Source: Aplysia californica | Taxonomy: Eukaryota | DNA: 54,596 nucleotides | Direction: 5' to 3' | NCBI RefSeq assembly: GCF_000002075.1 | Contig: NW_004797328.1 | Span: forward strand, 131,540-186,135 | In this document: positions 36,101-50,100 of the stretch, piece after piece | Layout of the letters: each line of letters begins with the position of its first letter | Position numbering within the stretch: position 1 is the stretch's first letter | Notes under the pieces: model-generated | Database searches by the model: none | Seen by the model: only the letters and a program-made list of their open reading frames with translations | Told to the model about the DNA's origin: nothing | Position numbers and translations under genes: made by a program

Positions 36101-39100
36101 GAAATATCAAAACATAATATGATTTACTGCCTTTGAAACAACAATGTGATTTACAGTTTTTAAAACATCATAATGTGATATACTGTTTATGAAATTCCAA
36201 GACAACACAACATGAGTTATTGTCTTTGAAACATTATAGTATGATTTACTGTTAAAGATATCAAAATACTATACTGTCTCTAATATCATAATGAGATTTA
36301 CTGTCTTTTAAATATCACAATATAATATTATGATCTACTCTCCTTAAAATATCACACTGTGATTTACTGTCTTTAAAATATCAAACTGGTTTACTGCCCT
36401 TGAAATATCATACAATAATTTCTCTCCTTTGAAATATAATAATGATTTACTATCCTTGAGATACCAGAATGTGATTTATCCTCTTTGAAAGCGCTAGAAG
36501 CAAATGCTCCTTCACGTAAGCCAGGTAAAAACTTATGGTTTTCAATGGGGTTAGCATAGCCTTCAATTCTAAGATAAGTCTCCAAACAGAAAACTAATAG
36601 ATTTAGACCTCCCACTGGAGCTCCCATAGCTCAGTCGGTATCACACAGAACGACGGTCCAGATTGTCTGAGTTCAAATTTCCAACAGGGTGTTCTTATAT
36701 CAGATGTAAAAAAAAAAAGGACACATCTAAAGGGCAAAAACTCAGTCACTTTTGGACCAATTTCAAAAAAACTTCAAACACTTAAAATTCAACCAGGGGA
36801 GCGTCACTTTTATCAATACGAAGAAAATCAACAGATGTAAAAAAATATCAAATTAAAAAAATTTCAACCAAAATTGAGTGAAAGGCAAAACATTGCAACT
36901 TCTTAAAAATAAACCATATATAGTCACTTTCTGTGGATGAAGAAAATTGATATTACCATATAACTAAGGGAAAGTGGTGGCTATTTAAATAGGCTCTTCA
37001 CCTCCTTGGTTTGGGTTAAAGAAAAAGAACGTGAATTCAGAGTTCGAGCCTCACTACTCAATAAAGTCAGACTTAAAATGTGCCTTCAAACACCTTATGT
37101 TGTAGTATTTTGACCCTATAATGTGATAGAGGACTGTATAATCTTTGCTTCATTCATGTGTGTGAACTAATAGTAAATAAACAAATAATGACACAAACCA
37201 AAGCCCAGAAAGCAAAAATGAACTTCTGTTTGCATACCACCAATGTCTTATTCATCCAAACTAAAAAAGCCACCAAACTCACACTACCGAGCTAAACAAC
37301 AGCTGCGAGATATTTGACACAAGAATAAGCACATCAAAAACAGAAATTATGAAAGTAAGCCGAAACTGGGGTCCCCTGAACATTCATGTCAATAGTAAAC
37401 AACTAAAACAGATCAAGGAGTTTAAATATCTTGGCAGCAGTTTTTCGTAAAACAGGTCCATTGACAGAGAAATACAGAAACGAACCAAAAAAGCCAACAC
37501 CATCACCTATAAGCTCGCACCCCTTCTATCTCATCCAAATATCTCCATGGACACAAATATACAGCTTATGACTTCAATATTTATACCAACACTATACTAC
37601 TGGTGTCGGACCTGGACATTAAGTAAAAAAGATAAAAACAAAATTACTACAAGCCAGATGAAATGTGTCCGCAAAACCCTTAACACCACAAAAAGAGACA
37701 GGCAGAGAAATGAAGAAGTAAGAGCAACTATAGGCACAGAGTCCTGAATACATGTCATAAGAAAAAACAGAAAATGACATGGTCTGGCCACCTGTTACGA
37801 ATGTAACCTTGCCAGCCAGCCTCAAAAGCCTATAACATCAAGTACTCAGGCTGTGAAGGAAGAGATAGACGACACAAAAGATGGATTGAGGGAGTCAAGT
37901 GAACCCTGAAAAATTATAACATCCCATCTGAAAGAGCCGCAGAGTTGGCCTACCATAGAAAACTGCATTCTCCTCCTCCCCCAACCAACGCTTAATGGCA
38001 TCAGAGGATGAAAAAGTAAAGTCAGTAAAGTAATAATGAATACTAGTTCAGTACTTACAAAAGGCCATCCCACAGAATGCTCCACCCGGCCCGGCTCGTG
38101 CAAAGACGGGTCAATCTCCCACAATTCCTTCAGGCCAATACCGTACGACTGCGGCTCACAATTCGCTCGTAGATTGAAGTTACTGAACAAAGTCTTCGAA
38201 AGAGACCCGTGACAACCTTCAGCAAACATGGTCACTTTAGCATGCAGTTCCATCCCACGCTCAAAAGAGTCCTGTGTGAAGACAGAATTTACATAAATTA
38301 TATATTTATTTTAAAAAACCAAACTATAAGTAATAAAAACCTACAACAATTGATCTCCATGGGTAAACTTGCAATACAATAGCACACAATGCGGGCACTA
38401 TCCATCCTTCTATCCTTTTCATTATGGCAGAGAAGAGAAAACTCATTGTTTGACCAAAAAAAAAAACAAGCATCAGATTTTAGCAGAGGTTGACAAGAAG
38501 TCCTGCACTAAAATGGATATTGCTAAAAGATTTGGCAACCCCAAATCAACACTTTCTAGGTTTTTAAAAAATCGCGATTGGACACCAACCCGATAGTTTG
38601 TGACTTTGATCATTTTTTTTACATCATAGTCTTCACATGCAGAACAGACCCGAAGTAGACCTACCTTGGGCGATCCATCTTTCGCTATTCCGACATCATT
38701 GGTAGCAATACCTTTCACACTACCGTCTTCATGATATAATACCTGCAAAACAACAGGACAGAGTATTGTTTCATGGATCAAGAGAAGTACATTGACACAA
38801 TAGCAGCCATTTGAAGCAGTGATAAAGATTTCTTAATAGAAGAAAAGCAAGGTTACCCACCACACTGTGTCCATTTTAAAAGGTGGGACCCTTTTCTGTC
38901 CAAGGCCTAGTTAAAGTGTTCCCAGTTCGAAGAGTTCCCATACCTATACTATATCATTTTAAGTTGTTACATTTAAAGCTTACTCAAGCAAACTATGAAG
39001 AGTATGTAAGGACTGCAATCTTAACTCTAAGAGCACTGCTCTTCTTTAGAACAAAAGACCAGTTGCATTTTTTTTTTTCATCAAATGCAGGTATTTTATG

Positions 39101-42100
39101 CCCGCATTGAAACAATCTAGATCATCTTGGAGGCCAGCTGTTTCCACCATGCCTGTCAGGGTCAACCTCGGCCGAGAAGGATTCATAGTCCCAGCAGGAA
39201 AAAGGAGAGATATTTGATCAAAATTCTCCCCACATGGGAATTGAACTTGAATCTTCTGCATGTGGCACTGACAAGCCTAACCATTACACCACAGATACCG
39301 GTTCTGAGCTACTTTGGGTCAGTTGTCAGATATAAAACACTACAGACTCAGGCATACATTCAGGGTACAAAAAGGTAAAGGCAGTCATACTCAAGTACGA
39401 GCTCTGGTCCATCCAGTAAGTTTACGCTGACAGATTTTGTGCTTATTCAAATTCAAGCAGAGCAGGCCTATAAAAGTATGAAAGATCTACACTCATAAAT
39501 GTGAACAAATCAGTGCAGCAATACATACACTTGACTTGTCTCCACACACCAGTATCTATGTATTTATATATATTAAACCGCTTACCGGAATTTTGTACTT
39601 AATTTTTCTGAATGGTGTGAAAATCATAAGCTGCTTTTAAATGTGAAAAAAACNNNNNNNNNNNNNNNNNNNNNNNNNNNNNNNNNNNNNNNNNNNNNNN
39701 NNNNNNNNNNNNNNNNNNNNNNNNNNNNNNNNNNNNNNNNNNNNNNNNNNNNNCCCCTCCCCCAACCAACGCTTAATGGCATCAGAGGATGAAAAAGTAA
39801 AGTCAGTAAAGTAATAATGAATACTAGTTCAGTACTTACAAAAGGCCATCCCACAGAATGCTCCACCCGGCCCGGCTCGTGCAAAGACGGGTCAATCTCC
39901 CACAATTCCTTCAGGCCAATACCGTACGACTGCGGCTCACAATTCGCTCGTAGATTGAAGTTACTGAACAAAGTCTTCGAAAGAGACCCGTGACAACCTT
40001 CAGCAAACATGGTCACTTTAGCATGCAGTTCCATCCCACGCTCAAAAGAGTCCTGTGTGAAGACAGAATTTACATAAATTATATATTTATTTTAAAAAAC
40101 CAAACTATAAGTAATAAAAACCTACAACAATTGATCTCCATGGGTAAACTTGCAATACAATAGCACACAATGCGGGCACTATCCATCCTTCTATCCTTTT
40201 CATTATGGCAGAGAAGAGAAAACTCATTGTTTGACCAAAAAAAAAAACAAGCATCAGATTTTAGCAGAGGTTGACAAGAAGTCCTGCACTAAAATGGATA
40301 TTGCTAAAAGATTTGGCAACCCCAAATCAACACTTTCTAGGTTTTTAAAAAATCGCGATTGGACACCAACCCGATAGTTTGTGACTTTGATCATTTTTTT
40401 TACATCATAGTCTTCACATGCAGAACAGACCCGAAGTAGACCTACCTTGGGCGATCCATCTTTCGCTATTCCGACATCATTGGTAGCAATACCTTTCACA
40501 CTACCGTCTTCATGATATAATACCTGCAAAACAACAGGACAGAGTATTGTTTCATGGATCAAGAGAAGCACATTGACACAATAGCAGCCATTTGAAGCAG
40601 TGATAAAGATTTCTTAATAGAAGAAAAGCAAGGTTACCCACCACACTGTGTCCATTTTAAAAGGTGGGACCCTTTTCTGTCCAAGGCCTAGTTAAAGTAT
40701 TCCCAGTTCGAAGAGTTCCCATACCTATACTATATCATTTTAAGTTGTTACATTTAAAGCTTACTCAAGCAAACTATGAAGAGTATGTAAGGACTGCAAT
40801 CTTAACTCTAAGAGCACTGCTCTTCTTTAGAACAAAAGACCAGTTGCATTTTTTTTTTTCATCAAATGCAGGTGTTTTATGCCCGCATTGAAACAATCTA
40901 GATCATCTTGGAGGCCAGCTGTTTCCACCATGCCTGTCAGGGTCAACCTCGGCCGAGAAGGATTCATAGTCCCAGCAGGAAAAAGGAGAGATATTTGATA
41001 AAAATTCTCCCCACATGGGAATTGAACTTGAATCTTCTGCATGTGGCACTGACAAGCCTAACCATTACACCACAGATACCGGTTCTGAGCTACTTTGGGT
41101 CAGTTGTCAGATATAAAACACTACAGACTCAGGCATACATTCAGGGTACAAAAAGGTAAAGGCAGTCATACTCAAGTACGAGCTCTGGTCCATCCAGTAA
41201 GTTTACGCTGACAGATTTTGTGCTTATTCAAATTCAAGCAGAGCAGGCCTATAAAAGTATGAAAGATCTACACTCATAAATGTGAACAAATCAGTGCAGC
41301 AATACATACACTTGACTTGTCTCCACACACCAGTATCTATGTATTTATATGAACGACATGACAAAATGGTTATCTCATATAATCAAACTATTAACTTTTT
41401 CCCTTTAGATTGCAAGCAGAGTTAAATATTCAATCATAACAGCATCAAAATAGGTGCCCACAAAAGGCAACGAAAGCAATGAATGTACATACAGCTTGGA
41501 ATAAGTTAATTCTTCAACACTATTTTCGAAATTTTCACATTTTTTATATAGCGCATTCTGTACAAAGCATGTACATAGAATGTACATACCTCACTAGCTG
41601 CAGTTCCTGGATACAACTCCACCCCCAAATTCTCCGCCTGCTCTCCGAGCCATCTGATAAAGTGACCCAGTCGGATGAGGTAGTTGCCGTGGTTATTTAT
41701 AGGCATTCCTGGAACAATACAAGCATTGAGTGAACTGAAGAAATAAGGGAAAATTTTTTCCTTCTTGTACTGAAAACTAAAACCAGCGCTGACCCAGAAG
41801 ATTTCATGAAAAGTTCCATTGTTTGATATTTGTCATCCACGAAGGGAACAGATTTTATTGCACCTTAGTTGAAACAATAGCTGACCAGTCAGTGAGCTCA
41901 GACTAAAAATAACTTCCCAAAATCAACGTGGGCATTTCCCGTTTAGTGGGTGGTCTCTCGGGTGTGCCTTTGAGCAAAACATAACTCTTTCTAAGATACA
42001 AGGAGGTCGACAGTGACAACCAGCATTGGAGTGTTGTGGGGGGTTTTTAAATAGATATTGTAAATATTTCTTTACGTTTCATAACGGGCCTACTTAATAA

Positions 42101-44099
42101 TTTATATATTACTTGAAAAGTGTGAGCCACAGCTTTTAATGTTCTCTCATTACTAGAGAAAAACATTCTTTAACTATTACAACAAAGACTTAAATTTGTT
42201 TAGTCTGTTGGTTCAAGTAAGGACAGGCACACTGGAAAGTTACTGTCATTTAGTGAAAAAAAAGGCAAGATAAACAGATAAAAACAGAGGGACAGAAAAG
42301 AAGTAGGACTTATCAGTGCCACAATCCAACCAACTGCCCTAAATTTGTACAACTTTTGAATCACAATCCCACTGACCTGGCAATATAGGAATGGGGAGTC
42401 GTGACTTCTCAGTCAGGAAATAAAACTTGTCTATCTTCACCTCTTGTTTCACTGGCGCCTAAAAATTGAAAACACAAATTTCACACCTAAGTGAGTGAAA
42501 TGAGTGAATGAAGATTGAAAATACAAATTCACATCTCAGCGGTAAAAAGAAAATTGAAAACACACCAAATCTTATTGCATGAATTAAAAAAGAGGCACAA
42601 ATTACACATCTCCAGGAGTGAAGGAATTTTTCAAAATACATATCTAACATCTCTGCAGTAAAGAAAGATGGAAAATACAAATTACACATCCCAGCAATTG
42701 AAGGAAGATCAAAAATACATATTTCATATGACATGGAGTGAAAGAAACAGGACATAAATCTCATTCCCGTGTCTATAAAACTGCATTGCAGTTCTCAATT
42801 CCACCAAAGTAAAAAAAAATAACAAGAGATATACTTTAGAAATGGAAGAATTACAAAGGCACAAACATACATTTTTGTAACTGTAGATAAAACCATCTAT
42901 AAAAGAGAATGAGAGTGTGAACATGTGAGGNNNNNNNNNNNNNNNNNNNNNNNNNNNNNNNNNNNNNNNNNNNNNNNNNNNNNNNNNNNNNNNNNNNNNN
43001 NNNNNNNNNNNNNNNNNNNNNNNNNNNNNNNNNNNNNNNNNNNNNNNNNNNNNNNNNNNNNNNNNNNNNNNNNNNNNTGTACATGCCTGCATGTGTGTGT
43101 GAGTAAGTGCAGGTGAGTGAATGCGAGCATGTGAAAAAAAAAGGAGGTAAGAAAGAAGGAGAGTTCAAATCTTTACAAACGACATACAATACAAAATGTT
43201 TATGTACATCACAAAAGACGATATTCAGATACATACACCCATTTCTTTCCAGTCGGGAAACAATTCATTTAGACTCTTCGGCTCCATGCAGGCACCAGAC
43301 AGAGTATGACCACCTAAATATACAAACAAAACCACACAAAAAATTTAATATGCTCCATTCCATATAATCAAATCATTGCTGAGAAGGCTCTGAGGTATAC
43401 TTGTAATTGTAAAAAGATTTTTCTTAAAGTATTTTAAGCTTTTATGTATCGCAAATAAGAGTCGTTGACAACATTGGCGTAAGTATAGAATAAAGTGATC
43501 ATCAAAATCCAGGATGCACCTATTATTCATAAGCGCCTTCTGGTCTAGAAAAAAACAAATAATTGGAAGACAAAATGACAAACTACAGGCAGCAAAAAGG
43601 CATACACAAAAGTAACTCTTTTACAGTACAGTGTGAGCTAAAAATTTTCATTCATTTTAAGTCTATCAAACAGTCACAAGAATACAACTTTCAGAGACCA
43701 CAATATGCAACGCTCGCATAACCCACACTCTAACATTGACTGACCGACTTCAGATGCTTTCTCCACCAGGCAGACACGCATCTCTTCCTTCCCACTCTCG
43801 TTGGCCAGTTGCTTCAGTTTGCAAGCTGCGGCCAATCCTGACGGGCCCCCTCCCACAATGAGGACATCCACCTCGTCGCTGACTCTTTCCATATCCACAT
43901 CTGAGAAGCAATAAAACAATAAAGTAGTAAAGAGCAGCACACTGACACAATAACCGTCATCTAATGTCCAAAAGCAAGACTGACAGACAGAAACTCCAGC
44001 AGGCAACAAAACAAGGATATACCAGTGGTGACCTTAAAACATCCACTTAAGCGAATTAGGAATTTATCTTTCCACATGACGTCATTCACACTACAGAGA

Positions 44100-44131
<32 letters not shown>

Positions 44132-47100
44132 CAAAGCTGCAGTACTTTAAATATACCGTCAAGAATGAAATTATTTGATTGTTTGAGCAAAGAGAAGCAC
44201 GTCGACAAAACAACATTTATTTAGAGCAGAGAAAGAGTGAGACAGACAAGAACAACAGAATGAAAGAAAAGAAGTGGCACCCTCCACCCACCCACACAAA
44301 TATGTGTAGCATCCTACAAACCCTTCCAAGATCAAAGTCTACCACTAAAAAAAAGTCTTAAACATAGACCTTTTAACTTTTTCACACCACAACTCTTTCA
44401 ACTATTGACACGCACAAGACAAAAGCACCCACACATCTTTGGAACCTTTCCAATTCATCAAATACTTCTTGAGAGAAAATATGTTTCAAGTGACATCCAT
44501 AATTGCCATTTTCTCAGTATTTCTCATTCGCGTAGAAAATCTCTCTTTTAACACTTTGCAGTCACACAGCCAGCAGTACAAAATACCCTGTCTTGTCACC
44601 CAGTCAGGAGAGTGACTGCAACGGACTTCTCGGGCCTGTCGCAGAACTGCGCCAAGTGACAGGAACGGATAATTTTCACAGTCGCAATATTGCTGCAAGT
44701 GACCACAAAGTGTTACACACATGTCAAAGTATGGGATTTTTTCCAAAAGACCACAGCCCAAAAACAATATACAAGGAATCACAATTTCTAAATAAGACTA
44801 TCTAACCTTTCCATCTTGGATCTTGGTCTCTTGGATGTATGGTATAGTGTGTCGTGATCTTCGGAACACTGTCAGAGGCAAAAGTCCTCTGAAACCGCAG
44901 TAACTGAACAACTGGAGAAAAAAAGTGAGTTGCATTAATTTCTTGATTTCAATTTTAAAATCTATTCTGAAAAAATTGTTTGAATGTTGCAAGAAAGGTT
45001 ATAACCTCCAACCATACAACATTTTCAAGATATTATAACTCTTACACTTTACACCGTAACCCAATGGACTATTGATGGCCTTTTGAGCCTTGACAATCTT
45101 AAACAATATGGTATGAAGGCTTTGCCTGGGCAGTAGACCTTAGACATAAAGGAAGTGTATCGCCCAAGTACTACTTCCCTCCCTTCTGATCTAGACTTCC
45201 TTGATACACCTAAAGGAGAAACATCATCAGTACGTTTGGAATAAAAAAAGGTATACGGGTGAGTCTCACTGTTTCTTTTTCTTCTCTGCTAGATCTCGTG
45301 AGTAGTCGACTAGCGGTTCTTCAACCTGCAGTGCTACTGATTTTTATTTCAACTTGGTTTAGTAGGGCCCTTGTTTCAGGCCAGGCAGCCACATTCCGGT
45401 TTCAAAGGCTCCCTACATGTTTTTATACTGACTAGAGTGTTTTCAGTTTCACTTTTAGAAAGAATTTTGAATTTTGTGCGGGTGGCGGCTGAAGCCTACT
45501 CTTATCAAATTAAAGACTACCAAGAGATCTTTAACATGATGCGCAAACTTGCACAAGAAGCTTCGACATTTTTTCACCCGCATCCGATAAGGCTAGGCAT
45601 TCCATCTTACCTATCCTAAGATCAGGAGTGTGGCTTAATGACAGCAGTATGAAGGAGTAGCTGCTGTAGAAAGAGTCAGTATAGTAATGCATGTTCAGGT
45701 GATAAAAAAAACCCTGTACAACTTCTTTTCTAAATAACTGGCACAAAATTTGTCCTACAATGTTGTTATTTGAAACAGATATAATTCATTCAAAAGGAAT
45801 AGGGTTGACATAAAATTCACATTGAAGAAACTTATTTTCCAAGACGGAAATGGCTTTTATAAAAATCACCTATAAATGCAAAATGCACCAATTTGAAAGA
45901 TCTTGTAAGGAAAGTCATATATAATGATCGATTTGTTTTTTCCTTTCCTTTTATTTTCAAAATCTAATCTTTCCACCCCTGTAACCTTTAAACAATTTTT
46001 TTCTCCTACAGAGTAAAAAAAAATAATTTTTTTAAATTCCGAAATTCTGAGAACCAAAGGTCTATAATAATATGTCCTCCTTTCGACTTGACACATTTTA
46101 ATGCGTTGTTTGTAATGTTCAGTTGTGGCCAAACACAAGGATCCACTCAACCGTGAGTATTTAAAGCCACACACAATGTTCACCTTACAGTATGGAACCG
46201 TGTCTAGAGACAATAGGGGGAAGGTTAGGGTGCCCAAATAGACAGCATTTGTGGAGTTGATATAACCTGAAAGGTAAATATGTGCTTCGCCAAGGAACCA
46301 AATGTCACAGAGGAAATGTTCACGCTTTTCAAGACATTTTTATCCTATGCATTGCTGCAGATATCGTCTACGCACAGACTTCTCATGGGGTTCATCTACT
46401 GAATTCTGCACCCTAGTGACGTTTAAAGGGGTGCAAATGGTGTGTGTTTAACCTGAAGTGGTCATTTTGTCTGGGAATTTTTAGTTCTGATTAATGTACC
46501 ATTTCCCACCCTTGACATCAAAGAAGACCTTAAGGGCATTTCAAATTTCAACATTATTTCTATACCTTGTGCGAAACTTAAGAAATGAGTTGGTGGTGAG
46601 GAAATATTCCAATACAAAAAGCTCTCTGCTCTTTATTAATCTTAACCATGATCTCAGCAAGCAAAGGAAACTAGAGAAAAACTATCTGCAAACTTCTGTT
46701 GGCCTGTTAGACTACTATAGTTTGCAATATGACACAATCGTTGGGGATTTTAGTGGTAAGTCTAATGTGAACTTGAGCGTTATGTTACAAAAATGGGGAT
46801 ATAGCTGAAATGGGTTGTTTTTATACGCGCTATGTAGAGCATAACTATTCTGTGGATTCATCTAAAATGAAAATCAGACAAATTCCGTTTGACTTCCAAA
46901 TGTTGAGCACAAATTTGAAACACAAAACTTCAGTGTGGAGGAAAATGTTAACAAAAAAGGTTGCACAGGTTTTTTTTGATCACCCTGTACTTTGAAGCAA
47001 TCACATGAAACATGTAATTTTTTAATGTGTAGGAATGTACTGAAAATTGTCAAGAGTACAGTTTAACAATGTTGTCAGTGGACCTGTAAACACATAATGA

Positions 47101-50100
47101 ACTGGCAAAACAGTCTCTTAGTTAGAAACTTCTTTTGCTTCTTGTCTAACAGCGCCATATTATCTTATATCTATAATATATATACCTTTTAAGGTCTACA
47201 AACTATCAATAATATCTATGAAATTTGCAAGAAGCTGTGTATAATACGCCCTACTGATTTATAAGTAAACCTCACTTTAGATATAATAAACTCATGTACA
47301 TGGCAACTTAAGTAGGCCTACATTTTATTGCATTAAAAGGTGATTGAACAATGTAACTAGCCAATTATCTCATTGGTCATTACAAACGCAGTGACTACGT
47401 TCACGGCGCCGTAAACGTAGTTTGCAGGTCACGTTCCGGCATCTTGAAGGTAGTTTGCAGGCCCTATATATAGGGCCGACCTACTTCGACTGGGAAGCAC
47501 ACAGGAAAGGGCATAGACGCTGATCTTTTTCAATGGAAAATTTCAGTATTCCATATATGGGAAAATGACGTGGTAAATTGCAGGTCACAGTTCTAAATAG
47601 TGACCAATATAATGACTTTGTAAGTTATCCTGACCTCGTAGAGCGTCTCTTGGCTGAGATATCGATCAATAAAGTGACTGAATAAAGTCCAGCTGAGCGA
47701 CCACATGTCAAACTAGCAATGCCAACGAAAATTTTATTTTTCGCTTTAGCCCTTTTTTATTTGGTACCTAAGAAAGAATTTTCAATTCTATGAATTATAA
47801 ATGCTTCTTGAATTTTAAGAATCGTTTCATAAATTTAAAAAAGTTATGGGATTGTAAATGTCAGCAAAATACGGATGACCCACATTTAGGAAAATACTCC
47901 TAAAAGTGGACCACGCAATACAGATTCTGTAAGAAAATCGACGATATCTCAGTACTTAATTAGAGTGTTAGAATGAAACTTGGCTACCCGATTTGTTTTT
48001 GGGTGGAGAAATCATTTCTGCAGTCAGTTTTACCAACTATTTCATAGTTATTTCATTATAATTAAAGTTTTGGGGTACATATTATGGTTTTGCGAAAAAG
48101 GGGGTGTCGGGAAGAGAGCATTTTATTTATACCATCATATCACAATATGGGATCTTTAAGAATATGTTCGCAGCGTGACTAAATAATGGGCAAAGCTTTT
48201 TTTTTATGACTTTAGACCATGCTAACCTTAAAATATAACTTAATAATTCAATCTAGCATGCCGTACAATAAAAAACTCTCTTTTCCCGTTGAGACGCGAA
48301 CACCCCGACGCGCCTCAGAATACTTCCATTAGGATGTTACAGGGGAACAGAGAAAAACAACTGGATGCGTGAGCCTGCCAATGCCCTAATTCAAGTGACC
48401 AATGAACAGGCTCGGAATAGTCACGCAGGGATTAGTAGGTCACATACATTTGCCGATGGAGAGAGGGGAAAATAACCCGTCCTTCTATTGTGATAAGTGA
48501 AAAAAGTAAATCTAGCATTGGTTTGAAACGGCAACGGAGAGAGCGAAATGATGGTCGTAAATCGCAGGACTAAGTCCAACATTTTGACCCGACGGGAAGT
48601 GCCAAATTTACTTCCAAAAGCGAAATGAATTTAAGTTTTTATGCTCATACTACGCAACACTCATTTCTACATTGGTTTTAGCCGTAATTTGCGAAAATTG
48701 AAGAAATTAATAGTAGATTCGAGAGTCGTTTGTGATGCACCCCTCCCGCGGAGTTGCCGACATCAAACGGACGAAATCATTTCTCGGAGATTTACAGAAA
48801 ATCATGAGGACTTTCCGCGAAGCGGAGGCTAAAAACCACTTCCGTTTTGCGCCCTTCTTTCATTTTTTTTTTCTTTCATTCTTTAGCGTCTTTTCCGATG
48901 AGGTGGAAGTTTTGTCTTGCTTTCCAAGTTTTTTCTTTCTAAGACTATAGCGCGCGAAACACAACAACGTTGGAAACCATTACAAATCCAACCCAATTAC
49001 ATGCATTTATCTGTCATATTTATTATGTTTATATTGATTGAAAGACTGCAACACAACGTGTAGCACGTATAGGAAGTAAACAAATGATGTTAGGGACAAA
49101 AATAGCACTTTCTTTTTGTGATTAGTCTTGTTTGATGCCGATAATACTTTGAGGCGTCCAGATCGTTGCCGATGATGATTTCGTGGTCTCATATGCTGTT
49201 CCGACTTTCGAAGACATTTTTTCAACTGATTTCTTTTTCTTTTAGTTATTCCCTTGTTTATTTTAATTTTTATTATTTTAATTTATAGTGTACATAATGA
49301 TTTTTGAGGCCAGTGAATTTAATTAAATGGGTTATTTATCAAATTTGGTGATATTCATGGATTGTGTTGTTTGCACCAAGGTAAGGTTACATTTCATTAA
49401 ATAACTTTTTTCAAGAGCCTTTGCTGTCTCTCTACTAACATTTTTAAATTCCTCTTTGAAGGACCTTTCAATTGAAATAAAATACATATATATATAACCT
49501 TTTGAAAAAGTTCAAAATCCTGAAAAAAAATTGGGAAAGTGGGAAACATGTGGGTCTTCATCGTGAAATCCCCCTTATCATCTTGTGAAAGGCTCATTCT
49601 TATTCTATCAGCTTTGAAAAAAGATAGGTTTTATATATATATGCCTTTTATCATCTGTTGAGCCATGAATGGTCCTTTTTCGGTAGCAGGTATACATCTC
49701 TGCTAATATCCCCCCGACAAACCCCCATGTTTACAACTGATCAGTCGTGGCAGCAGGGCATTTTGGGCGGGTTACTTCCGGTGAAACGCTGAGCGCTTCT
49801 AGGGTTAAGCCTGAGACTGACTACAACTGGGGCTCTTGCCTGCTAAGCGCATGCACGGCTGACTTAGACCTGCAGGGGCACTCTGTCTAAACAAAAATTT
49901 GAGGGCCGTGAACATAGTCTCCACAGCGCCTGCAAACTACATTCACACCGCGCAGTGACACTGTGGGCGGGATCTCTCACTCTCCCCCTCTCTCTTTTTC
50001 TGACATAAGTGGCTTCGCGGATTGCAAGCAGGGTGGGGATGATGAGGGGGTCTGACACGAGTGGCTTCGCGGATTGCTAGTTGCTGTGGACTTGAAGTTT

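Larger units (their letters stand above)
37973..41350. repeat. ~1.6-kb near-identical direct duplication (37973-39569 and 39754-41350) flanking a 100-N gap
   Basis: Only about 4 single-base differences seen. Confidence 0.9.

Noticed and set aside
35505-36490. CRISPR-like repeat arrays
   Set aside because: Eukaryotic intron context, degenerate head-to-tail units without unique spacers, and no cas genes.
36620-36690. tRNA-like sequence (tagctcagtcggta ... gagttcaaat); similar at 32540 and 39225
   Set aside because: Stems do not pair into a cloverleaf; treated as decayed SINE heads, not tRNA genes.
45480-45619. ORF with YQE.F...HPIRLG resembling 14-3-3
   Set aside because: Only a short motif matches. 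The following LALNFSVFYYE is absent and spacing is wrong, so it is probably chance.
47632-47706. Alternative ETFDH first exon (MWSLSWTLF...)
   Set aside because: Not targeting-peptide-like, and its possible donor is phase 0, whereas exon 2 needs phase 1. 53390-53429 fits.
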